Below, in pieces: positions 14,437 to 28,700 of a stretch of 64,000 bases of DNA. The stretch comes from Bugula neritina (Eukaryota > Animalia > Bryozoa), in NCBI GenBank assembly GCA_964035545.1, contig OZ037773.1, forward strand, positions 8,709,751 to 8,773,750, read 5' to 3'. The position numbers and the translations under genes were made by a program. The notes below the pieces were generated by a model, which saw only the letters and a list, made by a program, of their open reading frames with translations, was not told where the DNA came from and did not search any database. Position 1 is the first letter of the stretch. Each line of letters begins with the position of its first letter.

Positions 14437-17400
14437 GCTATGCTTTTCTGTACTTTTTTGGGTTTAAACAATAAAGAGCTATAAGCTGATAAATAAATAC
14501 ACCAATTTACTTGTGCTTATATATCTGTATGCCTGTGTAAGCCCATGTGCTTATACTAACATCTCTATCAATACCTATAACGTACTGCTTAAACTCATGC
14601 ATACTAGCTTGCAACTTTATCTACACTTACATATATTGTTTATATGCAGGCACTTCCATATTTATATACACCTACACACATATTTACACAGCTGTCCATA
14701 TCTACCCTGACGCACATACACCTGCAATCATTTAAAATATATATCGTGCATCTACGCACATCTACAATGTACTTGCTACATACGCATGTACGCCTTAATT
14801 TTTTGGATACTCTGGTTATATTTGCTCAAATGCGACTAGAATACACACAGCCAGCTATAATTCTGCTACCTTTTATGATAGCAGAGACTTTGCATCATTA
14901 TAAGATTATGCGGCAATTATCGAAGAGAGCTGTATTTAGCAGTTGCCTTCTCATGTCCCATCATATTTAGAATTTGTATTACAGTTGCCGTCAGATATCG
15001 TAAGGGTGTAAGCCATTGGCCCTTCAACAATATCAATCAATTATATAGATTCTTCATATTGAGTCTATTTTACCACACACGTATTCAACACTAGTTTTAA
15101 GAGATAATATTTTAGTGTTCGAATTGTCTGTACTTAGCACTCAACTAGAAGCTATAAACTTAGACATAACAAACACCTGCATCTCTGCACCAATGGGATT
15201 TATCCCTATAGACCCCTTAACTAGATGTCTGTATTATAGTTAATATAACTGCAGACATGTGACTACTGCAGAATACGATGCTTTTATATACATGCATATG
15301 CATGAGTACTCAAACATGTATTCATACTTTCAAGTCAATAAAAGATCTGTTACGTTTGCAAATCAAATGATATGAATTGTGCATAAATATATGTATAAAC
15401 TATAAAGACAGTGAATAGTTTGGATGAATACAAAAATAAAGGTGTTATTAGCCATGCAATTGGTCACATGACTATGAATCTATATATTTATGTCTAGTTT
15501 TCTGTTTCAATATAAGACATATTAAGACATGCGTGCATATAATTATATCTAGAGCACGTGCAGATATAATAAAACAAACATAGTGGTTTGGATATTGCAG
15601 GCCTAATATCTAGCATGTACACTGCATGTTTGTATCTCGCTTTACTTAGCAGAATTTTAGAATAAATCTTTTCAAATTTTATAATCCACTAATTCACTGA
15701 GTTCTAAAAAGGTAGATAATATTATAGTATGATTATATAATGAATATAAAATAGTGCATCTGCTAAAATTATAATAAGATTTGAAAAGGTAAGACTATGT
15801 TAGACCAAGTAATAAATGATAACATAAGTTTACCTTTAAAGTTGTTCTTTATTAGCTAATACAAAGTTTGCATTAATCCATGATACAATTGTTTGTTTGT
15901 TAAAGCTACAATTTTAACCTCCAATTAAAATTTAATCCTACGTATTTTATAATTTTTATCTACAAAGCTTTGCATTTTAATAAATCATTATCTCTCTAAC
16001 TTTTGTAGAAAAATTTAATATCTTCTTTTTATTTTTTATTTAACTATCACTGCTTAGATCAATATTTTGCTGGTATGTTGAATTTAACGTTTATGTTCTA
16101 GTTAAGTGACATATTGCATTTGTTTTGTAATCATAAATGCCTATATAATTATCCATTACATTATGCTGGTACAAAAAATATGCAGCATCTTTAAAATTAT
16201 ATTCATATTAATACTTGTGGGAAATTGTGGGAAATAAACATTGCAGTTGTCTGCTCTTGTTGAATCTTAACAACTTAGAATAGCTCCGCCCATTTATCTT
16301 TTAAGTTTTTAAGTGAAAGCCGCAAGTCTATTAATAAACACGTGTGCCTTGAAACAAACACAGCAAATCCGATCAGTAATGTTGGCATTTAGAGAATAGC
16401 TTCCAAAGCGTAAAAAAGTGATTCCAGAGTAACTTGGAGCATATTTGTCGCCCGCAAGCTGGTTACTGATTCAGTTCACTTGGTTATACAACTTAGATAT
16501 AAATAGAAAACCTAGTTTACACCAGGCCTATTGGGTTATATATTATAATTATGCTGGCTGGTCATAAACTGGAATAAAGATTATCGTTGTTGATCAGAAA
16601 CACAAACACAAAGTTATATTTACAAAAAGGTAAGCTGTAACTGTGTAATTATACTTATAGTTATATAACTTTATTCTTCTCCAAATGATATAAATACTAA
16701 TACTAATAGTAATAGTAATTTTTATACTATAAGTATAAGTAGGCCTATATTATTTCAAATTCACTGAAAATAAACTTGTATTACATTTGCTTGTAATTGT
16801 TGCATCTTGACAGATTCAGCTTCATACTCTTAACAGTTGACACTTAGTTTTAGTCCTAGGGCTAGCGTATGAGATACTAATATAATAAATATAATACAAA
16901 TAGCTTAGAACTGTAAGTGTAAATAGCAAAACTCACACTAAATACATGCACCTTCATCTTGTTTTTTGGGGAAACCCATGATACTTATATTCAATATGAA
17001 TATTTTCAAAAACCATAAATCTGTAAGTAAATGAATATTGTAAATAAGGATGCCAGATGCAACTAGACACACCATGCATAATACTATATACTTATACCTA
17101 GGGCTAGTGCTAGGACCAGGGTTGTCACTGCTCATTATTTGTCAATCCATTCTAACACTAGAATCTTCATGTTCAGTTGCAACTCTAACACTGATTGACT
17201 TCACTTGACAGCTAAAATGTTATTAGATTAAATCATTGTTGGCATTAATATAACATTATATAATATATGTTAAAATATGATATAGTATAATATAGGTGAT
17301 ATTAATATAGTGTGGCATATGCATGCTGTAACTAGAACTCGATGTCTAAACTAGTTCTCTTGAAGCAAAGTTAACTGTTGGGAAAGAGATATCAGTATTC

Positions 17401-19734
17401 TTTTTATTGAAAATATTTATATTCAAATTATGTCTATGCGACTGAAATTTTCTGTTCTGTAAAGTCATGAAGTTGTAGCAAAATAAATTCAATACCACTT
17501 TCACATATTTACAGTCGCTAGCTTGTAACAACACAAACTAGCCTAAGGCCCTACTGAGAGTAATATCAATAGTAATTGCTAAGTAGGTTAGCTCTTAGTG
17601 ATATGCTTTTTGCAATAATTACTCACTAAATTTCAGAGTTATGACTTAACTCAATAACTTAACTCATGATATCTGTCTCATTGCTTTGCAGTGAAGTTGC
17701 ATAATATTTCTGCAATTATACAGTTAAACGTAAACAAAACATTACTTTCACCATTGTAGTTACCACAATAGTAACATGAGATGCCATCTATATATATTGT
17801 TACTCTCTGATGTTGAACTTAATGAACAAAGTCGATTACATAAAAGTAAAATCAAAGAGCCAGATGTTGAGATTAGGCTCTTTTATAGTATAGGTTTGCT
17901 GGCTGTTTTATAGTATAGGTTTGTTGAACTTTTGCACAGTTTTTAGGGAATTAAATGAGATCAAACTGACTTCTGACTGCAAATAGATAGAGATGTGATC
18001 TTCAAGTATCCATTTTATAGTTTCTCTAGTGAACAAATTTATTTATTGCTTTGATTAGTGCCTTTAGCAGCTGTGACTCATTTTTCATTCATGTTCACTC
18101 TAATTGATAAAGACAAAAGACATTAAACTCTGCATTATTATCTGTGTTTATAAATTAATTTACTATCCATCTCTGTATCTAAATGAGCTATTTAGATAGA
18201 GCGATGTGATTTGTTGAAAGAAATCTTTTCTGTCAGGTCATTGTTTATCTGTTACTTTAAGCAGGTGCTGCAACTTGGCTTGTTATGTATAAAAACATGA
18301 ATTCGTCAGTCTATTACTACAACTCTGTGTCTTAGGGCTCATTAGTAGTTAAACTTGAAATTATTGATATGCCATGTTTAGTGAATGGCTGAAATTATAT
18401 TTAACGAGCAGAAGTAGCGCATAACCACTTTCCCAGTGAATTAAATTACCCAAACAGCCAACTGGATTGTGAAATTTCTCCAGCCAGCCTAACCTGATTA
18501 AACTGAGAGAATTATTAAAGACGTAATTTATAATCACTTTGAACTGATCTTAATAACCAAGCAATAATTTGCCTGCTTGCCTGGAGATGGGCTTTAAGCT
18601 GTCAACCCTAGATGATACCCGAAGTAGATTATTAATCTATTTAATAGGAGTTAGTAGGGAGGGCTAGTTGGTAGTATGGTGAAATCACCTGCTAGTAACT
18701 TGGACTGAATGCCAATAGATAATCTGGAATTGTAATTTAGATAAAACTGTCAATGCATGCCAAACTTTCAGTTCCACTAAGCTTTTATCCAGACTGGGAA
18801 TCTTGAATCTTGACGTATAAGTCTCTTGATTGAAATATGACTAGTAGATAAGCCAACAAACAAATATACCTTGTAGCTGTATCTCGCTATACAGGGAAAA
18901 CATGGTTGAATATTCCTTAAGATAGATCATCCCATGTTTCATTGTCTAAGTGCTAAAGTAAACATTGTTACACACTAAAGCAGTAGTGTTTGCACTTCTT
19001 TTCAACTCTGTCTAAATTACTGGCTGCACAGTAAAAGAGGGTTTTATATGTGAACACTTTAGGTTTTTGTAGAATCTAATGGTGTGCGAGAGAAAGTTAA
19101 AAAACCTAATCTATTTCGTTTTACAGATATCTCAAGATTTTACCACAGAAATCTTTTTTTACCATTTTTTTGTCTTAACTTACCAGTGACAGTCTACAAT
19201 AAGTATATTGATTACATAATTTGTGATATGAAATTGTGGAACCTGCAACCATTATTATAGTTTTAAGACATTCAATTTGTTTAGAATTTTGGTTTTGGAC
19301 TGTAAAGTATTTGCACTGGGAACTGTACTACTTTGTTGATGTGTAACGGAATTCTCACACTTGATTACTTCACAGCTATTTTGGTCAATTAACTACAACA
19401 TGTTAGCCAATGCAGAAATGATGTTTTATTCTTTAAAATTAATAGCACTGCACTGACAACAATACAAAGGGTCATTAGTCTTCATTAGTACTGTCTATAT
19501 TATTGCCCACCCAACATCTCATCAGATCTATCTAAATCTATGCCTGTAGGAAGCCACAGGAGTGGTGCACTGTTTGCACAGACAGTTGTATAGGGGGTAC
19601 AATGAATAGCTTTACTTATTATAGCATTTTTGGGAGTGGTTATTTTTGGCCGAGATTCTAAAACAAAACGGAAGTTTTTAAATTCATATTTAATGTATTT
19701 TGTAACTAATTTTTAGGCAGTACTGTCGGGAAAG

Positions 19735-20538
19735 ATGTCCGAGAAGCAGCTGCTGTCGACCCTGCTGTTAGCCTTTGTTCCAGTAATCCTAGCTACCTCT
19801 CAGTTCTGTACAGAAGTACCTAACACTGAAGCAAAGTCGTATACTTACATTATATGCAACGGCACGTCTGCTACCAATCTACTCTCTAGCCGAGAGTTCT
19901 GCCAGAAAACCTACCCTTCCAGTGACATTGTTACCTTCGCTAGTAAAGAAGAGTTTGACTTTATATCTAAAGCTATAAATGATACCATAACTGAAAAACG
20001 TGAAGACTTTCGGTATATTCCCGGTTTCTCTCAGGAGAAGAACAGTACTAGCAGATTTAATCCTGAAACCGGGATATACTTCTGGGTAACTGACCCCACC
20101 ATTCCGATAACCAATGAGAGCACTACTTACTGGAACGTCTTCCACCAACTCATCAATAACTTCACTAAGCAAAGTCTGTTTATTCGGCAGCGAGCATCCT
20201 TTGCTCTGGATGCCGATGGTAAATGGTACGCTGGTGAAAGTCTTACCTCCCCTATATCTATCACAAAAATCAGAGGCGGAGTTATCTGTATGAAAGAGGG
20301 TGTGCCAGAGGAGCTGACTCCGCCCCCAACCTCAGCCAATACCGGACAACCTGCGTTTCAATACTGGTTGGTGATCGCTGTCGCTGCCGGAGTAGTGGTG
20401 CTTGGTCTACTACTCGGTGGCATCGCTCTTTGTCTGTACAAAAAGAAGTCAAGGCATACTGAGAGTCAGAAGTTTTCTAAAGTTCCACAGTCTGAAAATA
20501 ACTACAACAACAATGCACCACATAACAGTGATGTGTAA
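19735..20538 (+). CDS. Type I membrane protein with a divergent C-type lectin-like domain (single coding exon)
   Basis: Signal peptide, CTLD-like pattern (C..YTYIIC..SREFC..IVTFASKEEFDFI..FWV..W..ICMK), Pro/Thr stalk, TM segment WLVIAVAAGVVVLGLLLGGIALCLY and a basic stop-transfer. An acceptor at about 19717 implies an upstream 5'UTR exon. Confidence 0.75.
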   Translation: MSEKQLLSTLLLAFVPVILATSQFCTEVPNTEAKSYTYIICNGTSATNLLSSREFCQKTYPSSDIVTFASKEEFDFISKAINDTITEKREDFRYIPGFSQEKNSTSRFNPETGIYFWVTDPTIPITNESTTYWNVFHQLINNFTKQSLFIRQRASFALDADGKWYAGESLTSPISITKIRGGVICMKEGVPEELTPPPTSANTGQPAFQYWLVIAVAAGVVVLGLLLGGIALCLYKKKSRHTESQKFSKVPQSENNYNNNAPHNSDV

Positions 20539-20689
20539 TAGACTACATGACCAACATGCTAATCTAGGTGTGCACTATAGAGCCACCCTCAAAAGTGTAT
20601 ATCGAGTACGGCTGAACTTAAACTAACTTTTTATCTTTATGATGGTCAAGTATATAGTATAATAGTGAGTCATTATTGACACACTTGCT

Positions 20690-21003
20690 GTGTTAGTCAC
20701 TGATATGACACTCAGAACCAGTGCTCTGTGTTAGTCACAGATATGACACTCAGAACCAGTGCTCTGTGTTAGTCACAGATATGACACTCATACTCAGTGT
20801 TAGTCACAGATATGACACTCAGAACCAGTGTTAGTCACAGATATGACACTCAGAACCAGTGTTAGTCACAGATATGACACTCATACTCAGTGTTAGTCAC
20901 AGATATGACACTCAAAACCAGTGCTCTGTGTTAGTCACAGATATGACACTCATACTCAGTGCTCTGTGTTAGTCACAGATATGACACTTAGATCCAGTGC
21001 TCT
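20690..21003. repeat. ~31/38-bp minisatellite downstream of the lectin stop codon (probable 3'UTR)
   Basis: About 9 copies of gtgttagtcacagatatgacactcagaacca(gtgctct). Confidence 0.9.
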
Positions 21004-22732
21004 AAATTTTCCATTATGTTCATCTCTTAGGGTGATGGCAGCTCAATTCTACTTACAGGCAGCATGTGGAAGACTGCGTTGAAATGCCCCAAAATAGCCA
21101 AAGTGAATCTTGTTAATTAGTCAGTGTAATTAAATTATTAAGTATGGTGATGTAATAAAACAGATGCATTTATTGCAGCTACTGTGGAATAATCAATACT
21201 TAATCGTAACAGTCATATTGATTGTCATAAGTATTGAACTTTTGATCAGCTTAGTCCACTGGCAGCAGCTGTCACAACTTGCCCCCCTTTGTCACCACAC
21301 TTATACTCTCCATGGTGTTGCCATAGTACCCTGCATCCTCTTCCACTACACATATATAGGCCCCTAGTATCAAGTGCAATGATTTCTGATTAAAGAATTG
21401 CCATACAAATTATTTTCTTATTGCCTGTTGTATTAAATGCCTGGTAGCCTACACAATAGACATCATATTGTAATATTATTTTTATTGTAATGTTTAGGTG
21501 TTTCATATGATTGAAATGCATGGTTTTGTATATTTTGTGAATCTGGTATTTTACCAGAGTGTATATTTCGTATACTTTGTTGCTTCCTTTACCAACTCTA
21601 CCCAATCAATGTTCAAAGCATTCCGTATTTTAATGTATAGACAAGCTGCTTTGATGCTTTTATATGATCTACAATAATTAATAATTATTTTAATGTCAAG
21701 CAATTGTGTATATAGTTTTATCATAAATCACAATAAAGAAGTGTAAAACGGAAATAGCTTGACCAAATCATTGTAACATGATGGTACCATCTTGCAACTA
21801 ATTTAGATGAAAAATCAGGGCGCAATGATTGCTTTTCTATTATCATTTCTGTGGCACCTGTTTTTTTAAAAGAGTGGTTTTATGAAGATATTAAAAGCTG
21901 TTTGCAGATGTGTAATTATTAAGTGTGGAAGTAGCAACTATTAGTAACTTTTCTAGCATTGCAAACAAGTTCAAGTACCGATATTGACATATTTTATTCA
22001 ATGTTATATATACGTCATACATAAACTTATCTATATAATGGAGAAACTTTTAGTTAATGTAAATTAAGTTAAATATTATGATCATTGCAGATGAACTATG
22101 AAGATCAAACAGTTTTTAAACTTGAACTAATGTGAAAATCTGGAAAAGTTACATAATATAAATTTTATACTAATAATTACTGACTCAGCGCATTTAATAA
22201 TTGCACATCTGTGTACAACATCCGGCAGCCCTCTAGTCTATTACCGGGTATAAACAGACAGCACGTGTAGCTGGGTTAAGGACTTTATTATTCAACAGTA
22301 ATATACAAATAGCTGTATCTCACACAACTTGAAGTAAAATAGAAAGAAATGAACATATAAATAAAAGGTTATAATGTATGAATGGACACTGTTTAGATAT
22401 AATGAATGCACATAGACTAAGTAGTGCACACTGGTTTATAGAATACACTAGCAGCCATCTAACAAACAGGAGCAGAGAGAAAACCCAACCAAGTATAATC
22501 ATACTTGAGTGTGCAAAATAGTAGATTTATCGGAATGAGTAATACCAAGCTGCAGGCCCAGGTGTCCTGGTAGATGACTCACTGGGCATTGGGCAGCGCT
22601 GATGCTGCCTCACAATAAAACACCTTTACTATTTATAATATGAAAGTCAGCAAACAACTCAAACAGTAATAGCAGCTGTCAGCTGAGACGCACTGATCTC
22701 TACTGCATAAAACATGGCTGTGATTGATCTCT

Positions 22733-25700
22733 TCAATCCATTTTAGATAGCTCAAACCTTGTGGTCATTATTTCTTCTTCAGAGTCATTTAGTACTGGCT
22801 GAAGAGCCCTGTAAAGAAGTAAATATACCAACAATATACACACACTATACATAATATACACACACTATACATAATATACACACACTATACGTAATATACA
22901 CACACTATACGTAATATACACACACTATACATAATATACACACACTATACATAATATACACACACTATACATAATATACACACACTATACATAATATACA
23001 CACACTATACATAATATACACACACTATACATAATATACACACACTATACATAATATATGCACATTATACATAATATACACACACTATACGTAATATACA
23101 CACACTATACATAATATACACACACTATACATAATATACGTAATATAACTGCAATATACATACATACATAATATACATGAATGTTAAACTTGGTATACAC
23201 ACAATATACATACCTATTATACACACAGGGAACATAATATAAACATATTGTACATGATCTACATACAGTATATATTATAGCCCATTATATTTTATAGGTT
23301 TGCATAAAACAAAAAGAGGTTAGTTAAATCTTATTTTTTCATAGTTATTTAATTATTGCATTAAACAGATTTAGCCAAAAGTTATAGAACTGCATGTAAT
23401 AGTGAAACATTCTTACATAAAATTTGGTAATTTTATTAGCAGAGTTGAAAGAGTGCAATAACTACAAACTAAAAACAGGATATTATTACCATAACCTCCT
23501 TGTCAACAAAACATACTTCAATAAGCGAGTGGCGCCTGAACAACATTGATTCACATCCTAACTCCACTTTTAATTCACAGCCAAAACAAACTAAGGTAGC
23601 CTACTGTCAAATATATGGCTGTTTTTTAATATGCAAAAAAATAGAATTTTTATTCTAGAAATTTTAAAAACAGGCCATAATAGACGAATGATATTCAGCA
23701 CTAGAAGATGGTTCATACTAGTCACCTAATCAAATAAGTAAACCATTCTACAAACTACTTTATTATTTCTACCAGTGAATTCCCATACCAAATAATACCA
23801 AAAACAGACAGTAGCAAAGTGACTGTAAAATATAAACTTGTTTTTCCACAGCTACAACCTGTGAATGTATTTGGGATAAGTACTGCACCTTTCATAGCTA
23901 ATTTATATCATAAAATATGAGTACAGGATTAGAAGTTAAAGTGATCCATATAGTTAATTGAAACTGGTGAAAATCAAAGAGAGATCAGCCAGTTTATGGA
24001 CACTCTATTTATACTTTTGATGCACTCCAGTTTACGACTATAAAGGACATGAAAGTGGTGGTAATTAGTGTAGTTTTACTGTGTAGCATGTGAATTAGAA
24101 TGTAGGAGTTAGCATCTTGATAACCTTCATGATTGGAACCCTGCACATATGGGAGATGGGGCGCCGGTATGCCCATACCCTTGCTGATTTAGCCTGCAAA
24201 CTTGCCGGAAAAGGGTAATGCATGTATTAGCTCCACCTGAGATCACACGACTGTTTTAAAAACAATTCACTATACAACTATATGCCCCAAAAGCAAAAGT
24301 CTAACAATAGTAAACTGATTAGATCAATTTAAATGTTCTCCACTGTCACTTACTTGGCACTTGGTTGCATAGAAGTGCCCTAATTTAATATATTATAGAT
24401 ATCTATACTGTATTGTTGTTATTAGCTTATATAAATAGATCAATATTGTACGCCAATCAAAGCTGACCAAGAGTTGCTGGCTGGGGGCCATCTTGTGCTT
24501 GTGATGATTGATTTGGTATATTACACCACCCATGGTGCTCAGCCCTGCAAGCTGATAGTTCAGAGAAAAGATGACCACTTTCTACTTTCTTCAACTTTAT
24601 ATACTATTTTGATGCATGAAGAAGTGGCTTTTCATTTTCCAAGAGATATAAACCCGTGTGATGCTCGTATCATAGAACAAGTACCACTAGAGCTATTTCT
24701 GTAAATAGTCCTCTACTCTCTTGAAGTTGATGTAACTCTTGTATTTGCCATTCATAATTCCTCATTATACGGCAGACTAGAGTCAGCATAAGGAGTCTGA
24801 CTAGCTTTGAGGTTGATAAGGTTAGGGTCAAAAGACTCAGGCTCACCACACGCTATCACCACAGAGTAGAGTAGATATCTTCTGCTTCAAACAGTCTGTA
24901 GAATTCTTACAGCTCCTCCCAAAACAGTTTTACTGACAGTAAAACTGAAAATGTCCGAAGGGGATAAGAGAGTGAGCTCTTTTCACAATCAGTACATATA
25001 TAAAGGCCTTTCATCTAGATTCTAGTCAATAGTTTAGAGTTTAGATGGTAAAGCATTCATTACCAGCTCACAAAAACCAGAACCATCAATGGTGGAAAGC
25101 AGAAGTTCTATCAAGATATAGCCTATAAATAATATCTTTAGGTTCAGCTTCAGAATATTGTTACAGTTAGTAATAGCAAAGTATGCTGTAACTGCTGGCC
25201 ATATGCCTATCAACTGATGAGTGTTAAGTATTACGAATACTTTAGTAAAACTTAGTTATCTGTAAATATCAGTATTTCATCAATTGATATATATGATTAA
25301 TGACTTTTCAGGACTTTGAGTGCAGAAAAGTACTTCTACAGTCATGTAACAGGGTGAATGGAGAGATACAAACTTGAAAGTATCTACTGTTTCACATAGA
25401 ACGGAAATTATGTTAATACCATTAGTTTTTGATATGTATACATGAATATATGAGTTAAAATCGTGTGTTTTCAATAGAATGCTGGTGATTAAAGTTTTGC
25501 ATTAAAAAGATATGACCGTATTTCCTGTAATAACGCATGCATGCTATTATTCATAATATAATTAATTGGCTAAAAGATTAAATATTATAGTGACAATGCA
25601 TAATATATATATAAATGGATAGAGTGCGTTAACTTAAGATTTTGAAGTAACATTGAGTTGTACAGATGTCTTGCTTCCAGGAAAACATTGCCAAAGACCA

Positions 25701-28700
25701 ATTAAGCAAATCCCGGTGGTGAAACGAACTTCCAACTGGTAGTGGCTGACTTCCTACCAATTTCCAGCCATCCATGCTGAGTGAATTATAAAGGTGATGG
25801 GTGGATTGACAAATTAGCTTATGATGAGTTATGTGCCTATGAAGAGTGTGAATATATCCAGATATTGTCCTATAGATGGTATCCCAGCATCTCGGCAATT
25901 ACAGAAATGACAAATTGAACCCTGCACTGGACCACTTGTACTATATCTGTACTCCAAGTTTGTGGATTGTGACAATAATTAATGTGGCCCCAAAACAATT
26001 AGAAGAAGCTTTGATAACATATACTAGCTGAAGTCTTAAGTCTGCTTTCTATATTCAAGTATGCAAATTTTATTAAACAAAAATTATGAATTAACGATTT
26101 ATCAATTAAAAGATACCCAATCCTTATTAATTTATGAATCCAAACAATAAGTTACAAGTAGATGGAATGTTTTAATTAAACTCACTGAAACTTATTGGCA
26201 AGATTAACATTTGAAGGTGTAAATCTAGAATTTATTGCAAGTCACTAGTGAAAGACCCAGAAGTACCGGCCAATTAGAACTTTTTATTAACAGTGAGGTC
26301 TTCCCATATGTTATAGGTCAAACACCACCATTTTCTCAAGATGTAAAACAGATTACATACTTGAAAATGTCAATTCAAAAAGTTAAATTAAATATAAAAA
26401 TATAATTGAATAGGTTTTTGTTATAATTTTTTCCTGCTAATTTTCTAAATTTCTGTCCTATTATGAGTTGCATATTGCTACGGTCTTTTAATATCAAATA
26501 TTTGAGTCATGGTTGCATTAAAAACATCAATTATACTCCACCAATCAGAATCAATCAACAGAATTTGAGGTCTGTGATATACTAATACTATAATTCTATA
26601 ATGGAAAGGTGATAGGGCTATGTCTCAACATCTACTACTGTGAGGAAACAGAGAATATTCTTCTATAAACAAGTTAAAACTTCAATCTACTGTTAATTAC
26701 TGAACATAGGGCAGACTAATAAGATGTCATTAACTTAATCTACCCTGTAAACCATTGAAACTAATTAATAATTATGATTATAATTATTTAGTTCTGAAAA
26801 CAAGTATCTTATGATGGCTTAATTGTTTCCTCAGAAGTATTAAAATTCAATTAAAACTGCACCATATTAAATTCACGTTATGTTTAAGTGTTTAAATTAT
26901 ACTTTAGTTTAAATCGTATTTAAGTATTTATTATATTTTAAGGTTATATCATACAAGCACTTCTTGTAGTTCACAGTTAGCTATAAGAAGTGGTTGTAAG
27001 ACTTGGTGTAACACAGAAAGTCTAAGCAGAGTGGTTGGTGATTCCAGAAGCTACTTCCATGCAGGGAGAAATGGTGCTGCTCTACACACACAAACCCTTA
27101 AACCAGCCATTAGCATGTTGTGAAACATAGCACACACAGCCACTAAAGCTTTCATACGAGTTGCAACTAGAAATACACTAGAGTGACATTTTCAATGTTA
27201 TTTTATGGTATATTCCACTTACGAGTCTGCTACACTGGCTGGTATATTATCTTCTATCCATTGAAGATCATCTTCCTACAATATAAAACACATTTATACC
27301 AAACAGGACCGCCAGAAATAAATCAAATAATATAGTTATAGTATAACACAAGTTAGCTAGATGCTACAAACAACCTACAGAAGTGAAGGTAAACGGTAAA
27401 TATAAAGAGTAAGATTAGACTTGGGTCTACTATAACAAACCCCATCATTTGTCAGGGAATTCAGTCAAAAGGTTAAGAACTAAAGCAATATCTTGAAAGA
27501 GATGAGAAAGTAGCGAGAGGTAGACAGGTGTCAGTGGTAAGCTAACCTATTGACCTGACGCTCCCCTCTGAACAGAGTCGCCAAAGAGACCCGGCTGTGA
27601 GTCAGAGGGCTGAGTTTAAAAAGATACAGCAAAAAAGGCAAACCAGAATTTATTAATTTGTCATTAATATTTTTCTTTCAAATTATTTAAAAAAAACTGA
27701 AAGATTGACAAAAAAGGATGAGAGGGCTTCCGGTCTTGAAGCTACAGGATGTTGTGTGGGATGCAGTTTTATTCTCATAGTCATAATTCTATAAGCAGGC
27801 CTTTGTAGCATGTGTGGGGACGTCTACTTAAATACCCCAAACTCAAGCTCATATCTGCACTCTGTAGGCAGCTTATGGGGGTAATAGAGGGGTAATAAAA
27901 ATACACTATATGTAGAGTCAGCATGTCTAAGAGAGAAAAGTGTAGCCAGCATCTGTATAAGAAGTGAGACAAAGATATTCCCTAATTTACTGAAACACGA
28001 GGACAGACAATTCCTGGATCAAAGACTAATGCAGACACAACAGCTCCAAGATACCTTGAGAGGTAGAGACGGACACATGAATAATCAGGCAATATATATG
28101 AAGGTATACAGAATAGACATCAAGACATATCAAAGTGTGGAGCTATATAGGGCTAACATGGAGTTTGTACAACTATCTCAAGCCCTTCACCAAACGCAAG
28201 TATCAAGTCCAAAAGACTCAAACATTTAGCCGATGGTTCAAAGAAAGAGTAAATAAGCTGAGCTGTAAAAAGACCCTTAATCAATTAATCACGGAGCTGC
28301 CAGCCTAAGTAATGCACATTTCTCTCAAACAAAGGAGTAAGTAGTCACAAAAAAAGAAATAAATCATACATCTCATCCCAAATCTCTAAAAGAAAAGCCA
28401 AACCTCCCATGAAACCTTAGAAAAACCAGCCTAAAATAGACCAGCTGTGTGTTTTAATTAACCTAAATTATTCCAGCAAAGTAAATAACAAAGTTAGATT
28501 GACAATGGCCAAATATCTTTAACTATTTGACACCCAGACAACCGAGCAAGGAATTCTCTCCAGAACACTCTGTCCAGAACCAGACCAGATGAAAGCAGAA
28601 CTTCACAGCAACCTATCCAGTTTCTGTCTGCTTCCTATCCTATCTGGAGTGAAGATCAATCAGTGTTTAGTGAGTATTGGTAGGGTATTTGTTGTGTATT

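Noticed and set aside
16938-17135. Small minus-strand ORF MSSDNPGPSTSPR with a possible donor
   Set aside because: No downstream exons or homology could be identified.
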